The notes under the pieces: generated by a model
What the model was told of the DNA's origin: nothing
The model's database searches: none
What the model saw: the letters and a program-made list of their open reading frames with translations, nothing else
Part shown: piece by piece, positions 54,460 to 64,000 of the stretch
Numbering within the stretch: position 1 is the first letter of the stretch
How the letters are laid out: every line of letters begins with the position of its first letter
From: Octopus vulgaris
Lineage: Eukaryota
Length of the DNA stretch: 64,000 nt
Direction: 5' to 3'
NCBI GenBank assembly: GCA_951406725.2
Contig: OX597824.1
Span: forward strand, 41,912,001-41,976,000
Translations under genes and position numbers: made by a program

Positions 54460-54745
54460 GCTGAACTATTGAGAAAGTCTGCAGTTAATCTATCCAGATT
54501 ACAAGTTTAGGTTTATACCTGTAATTATTGGAGCCCTGGGATATGTAACACACTGCCTAAATACCAATCTTGAGAAATTAGGCTTCTCAAAACCAGAAAG
54601 GAGAAAGCTAATTTGAAGACTACAGATCTAATCTATCACTGGAACTGTAAAAATCTGTAAAACTTTCCAGAAGTTTATCATTTAAATATATATGAGCATG
54701 TCTAGATATGCAGTTATATGCATGAGAATACATACATAAAACATA
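54460..54745 (+). mobile_element. REL-type (R4/Dong/NeSL-like) LINE 3' end in (CATA)n
   Basis: LQLIYPDYKFRFIPVIIGALGYVTHCL..GTVKICKTFQKFII*; catacata upstream and (TACA)n downstream. Confidence 0.75.
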
Positions 54746-54751
54746 CAAATC

Positions 54752-54783
<32 letters not shown>

Positions 54784-54817
54784 CATACATACATACATAC
54801 ATACATACATACATACA

Positions 54818-54849
<32 letters not shown>

Positions 54850-55417
54850 AACAAACAAAAATACCCTATTGTCGATTTTGAAATACCAATGAAAGTTCTT
54901 TCTCTATTGGCAAGAAATATTGAAATAAACTGAATAATGACATACACATATACATACGTACATACATTCATAAAATTAAATTTTCTTATAAAGTGTGTTT
55001 TTAAGTATACCTCACAATATATGGGTTGTATTAAGAAGGTTCCATTGCGAGCTAAATCGAAGGATAAGAGAAATTATCGAAGGATCACATTTAGGCAAAC
55101 AATAGAAATTCTAAAGCACAATTTAAAGCACACAACGAAATAAATATACATATAAATTTATATAAACAAGTGAATAAAATTACAGGTAAAAGTTGTATGT
55201 AAAAACTACGCATCATGTACATTGGGTTCAGGTACCGAATGGAGAAGTGACAAATAAAGAGACGAAAATCCAAGGTAAGAGCCTCCGAAAGGAACTGTTA
55301 CAATCGATTAAGAATTTGATGTTCATATGAATTGTCGGATGAGAGTTCAAAACTTAAAAACTGAGGGCTAAATAAATTTGGTAAAAATTATTAGATAAGA
55401 TAAATATACAAATTCGG

Positions 55418-55477
<60 letters not shown>

Positions 55478-55504
55478 ATACATACATACGTATATGTATG
55501 CGTC

Positions 55505-55880
55505 TTTTACTTTTTCAGTCTTTAGACTACGGCTATGCTGGGCCGGGGGGGGGGGGGGGCACTGAAGAATTTTTAGTCGAACGAATCAACCCCAGTATTT
55601 GTTTTTAAGCTCGGTACTTATTCTATCGGTCTCTTTTGCCGAACCTCTAAATATGGGCCATAATCAAATGAGCACCTGTTGTTAAGCGGCAGTGGGGGAC
55701 AAATACAGACACAAAGACATACGCACAATTGGTACCTGGTAAAGTCGACCTAGACGGAATTTGAACTCGACTGGGCTGAGAAAGTAAAGAAACGTAAAAG
55801 GTGAAAGCACAAAGAAACAGACGAAATGCCGCTAAACATTTTGTCCCGTGTGCTAACGATTTCGCCAGTTCGTCGCCTTA
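55505..55880 (-). mobile_element. Adjacent degenerate SINE B (55505-55720) and SINE A (55735-55880)
   Basis: Family motifs tacttattctatcggtctcttttgccgaacc and gacgaaatgccgctaa...gccagttcgtcgcc. Confidence 0.7.
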
Positions 55881-55887
55881 AGCAGTA

Positions 55888-56398
55888 TCTTATAATAATT
55901 CTGTTTGTCATTCCGTTAATTAGCCCGTCCGTAACGCTTCCACATGATTAGTTGAAGGGGGATGGAAAAGGGGAGAGGAGGGAATGGGAGCGGGAGAATG
56001 GGGAGGTAGTGGTGAGTGAAATGTGTCTTTTGAACTAAGTTTCTTCTGTTACTTAGCCCGTCTGTAACGCCTTTATGTGTTTAGTTGAAGGGAAAGGCGA
56101 AAAGCGAAAGAAAAAGGAAAGAGAAAAAGAGGGTAAGCCGAAGAGTGAGAGAGAAAGAGGGAGAGCTCTGTGTATTAAGTCTATGAAATAGTGCATAAAG
56201 TATATAAAGGTATATATAAAGAACATTAAGTAATCATCATATTCCAATTTCCTTCACTTTTCAATGATTAGCAGATGAGCGACTATCTTTTGATATAGAC
56301 ACAACACAGGCTACGCTTTCAGGTTCTTGGATAAAGTTTTCAAAAATAACCCAGTAAATTTACCATTAATTCCGTGAAATATCCACGGGTCTCGCTAG
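55888..56398 (+). mobile_element. Non-autonomous Helitron
   Basis: A|TCTTATAATAA start; 3' hairpin ccgtgaaatatccacgg followed by gtctcgCTAG|T; internal repeat ttagcccgtc[c/t]gtaacgc twice. Confidence 0.7.
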
Positions 56399-56942
56399 TA
56401 TTAATTATTGACACTGATCACATAGCTCTCGTCCCATGACGTGCATTAAAGAATTGAATTGATACATTTTTCTAATTAGATTAAATGTTTTAAAACACTG
56501 TTATTAACTGTTGTGACTGGGGAGAGTCATTTTCTTTTTGTGCCTTATAATTTAACATACTCACTGGTAAAATTATTATTTTACTGTTATTAAAATTAAG
56601 AAAATTTTCAAATGTTAAACAATGTCTTGATCGATAAGCCAATCTGACATATATCTTGATGTATTATACGCAGTAGATTCCAGTTTGCTATTTCTCTAAA
56701 CAATTTCCTTAATTTTATTTCTCCTGGCGGAACTTTCGTTTCTGAACCCAATATCCAATTCCATGCTGAAATCTCTCTAGATAATTTCCTTCTTGTTGAA
56801 CATTTTGAACTCACTTCCTGGCCACTGCTTTCTGCAAGGATATTCTCTCTCATTGAGAAACTCCTTGATCACATCTCTTAATTATTTTTGACGCACACAT
56901 TGTCTGTGTGTGTGTGTGTGTTTGTTTGTATGTCTCCATCTC

Positions 56943-56993
<51 letters not shown>

Positions 56994-57872
56994 CTCTCTC
57001 TATCTATCCATCTATCTGTCTGTCTGCCTCAGTTAATGATCTATCCTTTAATGATCCGCAATCATAATACCCACACCCAAAACGAGATCACTCTTCCTGA
57101 TACTCCCCTAACACATAGCATCTTTAACACTCAATGTTTTAGTCGATGTCTCTGTTGTTATCTACAATATATTAACTCTTCCATTACTAAAATTTTCCTC
57201 ACTGTTCCTTTCGTTAATGGCCTTTTCATTGATGATTCCTTTTCACTGTTAATTTCCTTCTTAACTGATCTCTTCATAAACAAAATCCTTACGTAACGAT
57301 TCCTCTATGTTATCTAAATATCAGTAAAGAAGAGATCATCTTGATCTGATCTCTTTCTAACCGATTTACTCTTATAAGAATATTGAACCCGTCTTTCCCA
57401 AACCTGTTCTTGATACTAATTCTGATAAATGTTTTCTCACTGATATCTCTTTTACTGATGCCAATCCATTTTGTTATATGGCATACTGACTATTCCTCAT
57501 TGATCTTGCGTTACTACCATTCTTTGACCCTCCCTCTTCCCCCCTTTCCCTTTTCCTCCTTATCTTCCCCTTCCCTCCCTGTTATTCATATTTTCGTTAT
57601 TGACCACCCTATTACTGTTCAGTTCCTTAACGATCTCTGAAATATTTCTCTTCCCGATCTGTCCCTTAACATCAGCTTCTTTGCTGATATCTAAGATTCT
57701 CATCATTTCCTAAGAGTCCCTTACTAAATATTTCCATGCTGAGGACTGAGTTAAAGAACAGTTGCTACTAATCCCTTCTTTAAAGAGTTCTACTGTACTG
57801 TCTCCTAACTTATTGACAAACCTAACAGACATTACCACACCCAGTTCTCCTTTGTATATTTATGCGTGCAGT

Positions 57873-58182
57873 GAAGGCGTGTGGCTTAGTGGTTAAGGTA
57901 TCAGGCTCACGATCGTAAGGTTGTAAGTTCAATTCCCGTGGAGGCTTTGTGCCCTTGAGCAAGACACTTTATTTCACGTCGCTCCAGTTCATTCAGCTGA
58001 CAAAAATGAATAGTACCTGTATTTTAAAGAGCCAGTTTTGTCATATTCTGTGCTATGCTGAATCTCCCTGAGAACTACGTTATGGGTACAAGTGTCTGTG
58101 GAGTGGTCAGCCACTTACACTTTAATTTCACGAACAGTTTGTTTCGCTGATCGGATCAACTGGAACCCCGACGGTGTGCCAG
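57873..58182 (+). mobile_element. tRNA-derived SINE family D
   Basis: gaaggcgtgtggcttagtggtt...agttcaattcc...ccttgagcaagacactttatttcacg; related heads at 15025, 59289 and 60095. Confidence 0.8.
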
Positions 58183-58259
58183 TTTTTTTTATGTATGCAT
58201 GCATACATGCACGCACGCATGCACGCATGCACGCGTGTGCACACAAACACACTCGAGTA

Positions 58260-59805
58260 TATAAAGGATGCTTCAGTTATTAAAAAAGGAAAGTTTTAAT
58301 ATAAGGAAACCAAAAATATTTGTTAGAAAAACCCAATATATTTTTATAGAATTTGGTATCCATATCCTTACATACACATAACAAAAGACTATTGAATAAA
58401 AGCGTCATCAACCTCGATTACAGCTTCACTACTGCTTCTGAAACGACTAAATTCGTTGATCAGGTGATCGTTATTCATGTTAGCCATAACGTTCCCTGTA
58501 GCAGACATCAAGGTATGCTTGGCATTGTGGGTATGTTTGTTGGTATCCCTCACAATAATGCTCCTGATGTAGTAATCCAAGGGGATGTAAATCAGGAGAG
58601 GTAAGTGACCGAGTGTTAGGACTAACATGATCATAAAAAGTTTTCGGCAATCTACTCATTGATCGTGCAGACTGCGTAAGAGGGAACAGTGTCTTGCTGG
58701 AACGCATACGGCCTCTCCCCAATCAACTCCATCGATCCCTGGCTTGACAACCGTCTCCAATGTCTTGATGTAGGCTTCCGCGTTCACTGTAAGACTTTGT
58801 GGGGAAAATTGAAGAAGCAAGCCATGATCCTCTTACTCATAGTCCCCAAGACTATCACAGACGATGAGGTCGTCGTGTGCATAACAGTGAGGACTTCAAT
58901 AGGGCTGCCTCAGAGCCATCTATCATTCTTCCTATTCACTTTTTGATCTTGAACAAAATTCTTCTAATCTGAAAAGAACCAGAGCATGTTGGGTTCTTTG
59001 GGGTACTTGAATTTGTTCAGCAAGCACTTTCAGCGGATCAAATGGTTCTTTTATATCTTATCGGACATGGGCTGTCCTCTTGTCATAATATAGGATTTGT
59101 ACCCGATATCTTCGTGCACTACAGACCTCATCGTTGACTCCGACACATGAAGATAATTGGCAATGACCCTCACTGAATTTCCAGTATTCTCACTGATGAT
59201 GTTCAGAACTTGCTGGACAAACACGTCTCTTCTGACAATATCTGGCCGTCAAGAGCGTCTTTTGTTTTTCTTCTGGCCAAAGACATAGAGGAGGCTTGTG
59301 GATTAGTGGTTAGGGTGTTGAACTCATGATCGTAAGATTGTGGTTTCGATTCCTGGACCGAGCAACACGTTGTGCTCTTGAGCAAAACACTTCATTTCAC
59401 GTTGCTCTTATTTACTGCTCAGCTGGCAAAATTGAATAATGCTGCGACGGATTGGCATCTTGTCTAGGTAGGGAATATATACGCCATGGAAACCGGAAAA
59501 CAGCCCTTATGACTCGAGAGGAAAAGTTTGCCATTTTTTAATTTACAGACGGCGTATTCCCACGAAAATCCAGGACTTCTTTTCTGATTTTCAAACGAAG
59601 AATCTAGTAACATTTAAGGAGGTTGCAATCTCAGAATCACTGTGATTGGTAGTCGAGGCGACGAGGACGGTGTATCTTTTCATCGTTTGCATTTGATTCG
59701 GAGCTTCTCCGTTGGGGTTGAAAAAAGAATGGAAATAACTTGTTAAAGTTTGTGTGACTTAGTGTTTTGAAAAGTTTTGTTCTCAAATAATGTACCCACC
59801 TTGCA
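58260..59805 (-). mobile_element. Decayed DD37D/maT-type transposon interrupted by a SINE at 59289-59520
   Basis: SPDLH/PLDYY..VRDTNKHTHN..FSRFRSSSEAVIEVDDAFIQ and QQD motif; frameshifted. Confidence 0.7.
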
Positions 59806-59873
59806 AAAGTGTGTGTGTATGAAATGCATGCATGTGTATAAATTTATGTATATATATTTATATGTGTATATGT

Positions 59874-60030
59874 AGGCGCAAGAGTGGCTGTGTGGTAAGA
59901 AGCTTGCTTCCCAACCACATGGTTCCGGGTCCAGTCCCACTGTGTGGCACCTTGGGTAAGTGTCTTCTACTATAGCATAAGGCCAACCAAAGCCCTGTGA
60001 GTGGATTTGGTTGACGGAAACTGAAAGAAC
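59874..60030 (+). mobile_element. SINE family B, 5' half
   Basis: aggcgcaagagtggctgtgtggtaagaagc...gacggaaactgaaagaa. Confidence 0.85.
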
Positions 60031-60823
60031 AAGTAAAAAATAAAAGAATAAAAGAATATATATGAAGAATAAAAGATTATATATATATATATATATGCGT
60101 GGTTATAGTGTTGCAATCAGGGTCGCAACGTCATGGTTTCCATTCGAATGGAAACCAAACTGAGCAAAACACTTTATTTCACGTTGTAAATAGGTAACCG
60201 TGCCACGGACTGGCATTCCTTTCAAACGGAATGTTGGCCTGCCCACCTTGCAAACGGGAAAACATTATTCGAAAGATAAAACAATGCGAGGAAACGTATC
60301 GTAACCACCGGTGTCTGTCTCTCTTTCTGTCTGTCTGTCTGTTATTTATGTTAATATATTAAAAAAGGGAGGCACTTTCAGCTGCAATGCGCAACCAAAA
60401 CTGCGCACAGTAGTGATGTCCACAAATCTCTCCGATATCCAATATAGAAAGATCCGAGTCACCAAACTCGGGATTGGCTAGAGGGAGGAATACCATCCAA
60501 ACAATGAGAAAAATAATAAGCAAAAGGCAGGTGAGATATTCATAATTTTATAGGACATACAAGCATTTCAGCAAAATGCCGAAAGAATTTAATAATAAGT
60601 AGAAACATTCAGCAATCGGTCATTTTGCCTCTTGCATAATGTTTCTACTTATGTAATTATTTCCGTATTTCACTGAAACGCTTGTATGTCCTATAAAGCT
60701 TTGTCTACCATACAAGTTTTCTACTGAATATTCTCTCTCTCTCTCTCTCTCTCTATCTCACTATCTCTCTCCCTAAACTTGTTACAAGTTCAAATATACT
60801 TGAGGCATTTATATATTTATGTA

Positions 60824-60884
<61 letters not shown>

Positions 60885-60885
60885 G

Positions 60886-61002
<117 letters not shown>

Positions 61003-61289
61003 CACGCACACACAAACACACATGTATATATGTATATATATATATATATTTTTCAGGGTTAAATAAAAAATACAACAAACGGAAAATATGACATACCTAT
61101 ATATATACAATTACAACAAAACGTCTAGTAAATAAACAAACGAACAAAGGCGAACACAAAACACAGGTCGCCGATTCTTCATCCGTTATCGGCCAGAGGG
61201 TCAAAAGCAATTTCAACCATGCATATATGTATATATGTGTCTCTATGTATACACACACACACACACACATGTATGTATATATAAAAATA

Positions 61290-62134
61290 TATAGGGTACG
61301 GTGAATATATTGTCGTCTAAATTAAGCAAAAATGAAAATAACACTGACATCTCATTTTAACAGATATATTTACCAAAATTACAAAATTACATCTTGAAAC
61401 ATGGAAGAGTAAATTTAAATAAAATTTGCCATTGGTTTCAACCATCACTTTCAGATGACTTCGGAATATCTTGTAGCACTTCTGGACAGTCCCCTTGTTT
61501 AAGTCGGTGAATGCTGCCATAATCCTGCCTTCAGTTCATCTTTGGTGTTTTGTTGGTCTCTCGCTCTACTGCACCCGACACATAATAATCAAGGAGGTTA
61601 CAGCTAGGGGAGTTAGGTGCCCCGGTGCTAGGAGTGATGTGGTCGCAGAAATTGTCTGATAGCCATGACTGAGTTCTTCTGCTTGTGTAGCATGGCGCAG
61701 AGCCCTATTGCCAGATATAGGATCTTCCAGCAGCCACCTTCTTGACCCAGGGCAGCACTTGACGTAGACCTACGTACTGAGTCTAAGGCCGTGTGGGAAG
61801 ATGAATGGAGGCATAATGTCGCTATCACGAGTGGTCACTCCAAACACCATGAGCTTTACTGGATATTTGATTTTTATCACTCTCGGTACATGTTTTTGGG
61901 ACACAGTAAGCCAACGGTTGTTCTGTGTGTCTACCATCTGTTCGTATTGGAGCTTCTGGTGCGAATGCCGTGCAGTACAGCATGTCGTTTCCAAATTCAT
62001 GGCAGATTGAACTGCGTCATGCTGCAGTTTTTCTCAAAGACGGCGACCGTGTAGTCGCCAAAATCAAACAAACATGCACATGCACGAAGTTAAAAAAATA
62101 TCAAATAGCGATAATTTACCCATGACACCCTATA
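61290..62134 (-). mobile_element. Internally deleted DD37D/maT-type transposon
   Basis: Ends tatagggtacggtgaatatattgtcg / cgataatttacccatgacaccctata; PVKLMVFGVTTRDSDIMPPFIFPHGLRL and PNSP..NLLDYYV. Confidence 0.75.
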
Positions 62135-62165
62135 TATATTTATTTACACACACGCACACATATCT

Positions 62166-62566
62166 GCGCAGGAGTGGCTGTGTGGTAAGTAGCTTCCTAC
62201 CAACCACATGGTTCCGGGTTCAGTCCCACTGCGTGGCATCTTGGGCAAGTGTCTTCTGCTATAGCCCCGGGCCGACCAATGCCTTGTGAGTGGATTTGGT
62301 AGACGGAAACTGAAAGAAGCCTGTCGTATATATGTATATATATATATATATAAGTGTGTGTGTATATGTTTGTGTGTCTGTGTTTGTCCCCCTAGCATTA
62401 CTTGACAACCGATGCTGGTGTGTTTACGTCCCCGTCACTTAGCGGTTCAGCAAAAAGAGACCGATAGAATAAGTACTGGGCTTACAAAGAATAAGTCCCG
62501 GGGTCTATTTGCTCGACTAAAGGCGGTGCTCCAGCATAGCCACAGTCGAATGAGTGAAACAAGTAA

Positions 62567-62567
<1 letters not shown>
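62166..62567 (+). mobile_element. SINE family B, full length
   Basis: tRNA-like head, core ttgggcaagtgtc, internal microsatellite, tail gaaacaagtaaaa. Confidence 0.9.
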
Positions 62568-62646
<79 letters not shown>

Positions 62647-62662
62647 TTCTTTTCTTTTTTCT

Positions 62663-63060
62663 TTTTTACTTGTTTCAGTCATTTGACTGCGGCCATGCTG
62701 GAGCACCGCCTTTAATCGAGCAACTCGACCCCAGGACTTATTTTTTTGTAAGCCCAGTACTTATTCTATCGGTCTCTTTTGCCGAACCGCTAAGTAACGG
62801 GGACATAAACACACCAGCATCGGTTGTCAAGCAATGCTAGGGGACAAACACAGACACACGAACACACACACACACACATATATATATACATATATACGAC
62901 GGGCTTCTTTCAGTTTCCGTCTACCAAATCCACTCACAAGGCTTTGGTCGGCCCGAGGCTATAGTAGAAGACACTTGCCCAAGGTGCCACGCAGTGGGAC
63001 TGAACCCGGAACCATGTGGCTGGTAAACAAGCTACTTACCACACAGCCACTCCTGCGCCT
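62663..63060 (-). mobile_element. SINE family B, full length, tail-to-tail with the previous copy
   Basis: Reverse complement of 62166-62567 at high identity. Confidence 0.9.
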
Positions 63061-63449
63061 ACTTAACTATCTGCAACTGATCTGATCTTTTAGTTAGCCC
63101 TGTTTTATCTCTATTAGTATTATTGTTATGACTTGTGAAATTTAGCCTCACGCCTTGTGTCTTTTTTATATGTACATATAATTCTATAGTTCATCTTAAT
63201 TATATATCGTTGTCTCATGTCTTGTGTTAAATATATATTTAATCTTAAAGCTTGCCCCTAATTTTATTTTATTTTTTTCGATCAGTCTCACGCCTCGTAG
63301 ATATAGAATAAATGTATTTATAATTTATAATTTATAGCTCCTTATCGTCCACGCTTCTCCCATAGATTAGGCAAAATTTAGGTATTTATTTATAGCTACT
63401 AATACCTATTTCTCTCCTAAGAAAGGAATGGCTGCCGCCCGGTTTTCTA

Positions 63450-63485
<36 letters not shown>

Positions 63486-63625
63486 CATATACAAACAGCT
63501 GTAATTTACTAGATGTATCATTTATTTGTATCAAATAATAAAACTGAATTGAATTTATCATTTAATGATTAAATTATTTAATTGTTCAATTTGTTGTTTT
63601 GGTTTCCATTTCAAATTTATACATG

Positions 63626-63663
<38 letters not shown>

Positions 63664-64000
63664 TACATACATACATACATACATACATACATACATACAT
63701 ACATACATACATACATACATACATACATACATGCATATATATACACATACATCCTTAATTTAAGAATATCCTTCTCTCTTGTTCCCACTATCTATTTATT
63801 TATCTTCTATTCTCTTCTAGTCTGTCTTTCTGTCTGTCTGTCTCTCTCTCTCTGCATGTATGCCCACATACACACACACACACAAATACAGCTTTGTTTT
63901 CTCGGCTGAGTTGATCACCTCCTAATCTCTTCTTTGTTTAATTTGCAAGTCCTCTCTCTCTCTCTCTAGCTCTCTCTCTCTCTCTTCCTCCCTCCCTACC

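Noticed and set aside
60382-60530. Possible exon (ttcag| ... cag|gtgaga)
   Set aside because: All three frames contain stops and the acceptor tract is weak.

Overview
AT-rich, microsatellite-saturated eukaryotic non-coding DNA. The tRNA-derived SINE families and repeat landscape resemble a cephalopod genome, most likely Octopus (recognition from memory, not verified by search). No host protein-coding gene can be supported; almost all ORF-track entries are microsatellite or SINE read-through. The only long intact coding frame is a 5'-truncated Penelope-like retroelement (PLE; RT + GIY-YIG, 18842-20050). Other content: a decayed Naiad-like PLE; R4/Dong-like and RTE-like LINE fragments; a full-length dead mariner; Tc1, DD37D/maT and Chapaev3-like remnants; three non-autonomous Helitrons; MITEs; and more than 30 SINE copies. 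The most interesting signal is a set of minimal hammerhead-ribozyme (HHR) motifs. One lies in the tail of a tRNA-headed SINE-like element (26931-26976, minus), and one in the PLE 3' UTR carries a compensatory U3-A8 core. These occur alongside a recurrent class of fold-back insertions in (TA)n tracts, consistent with PLE-driven non-autonomous elements and with potential dsRNA/ADAR substrates.
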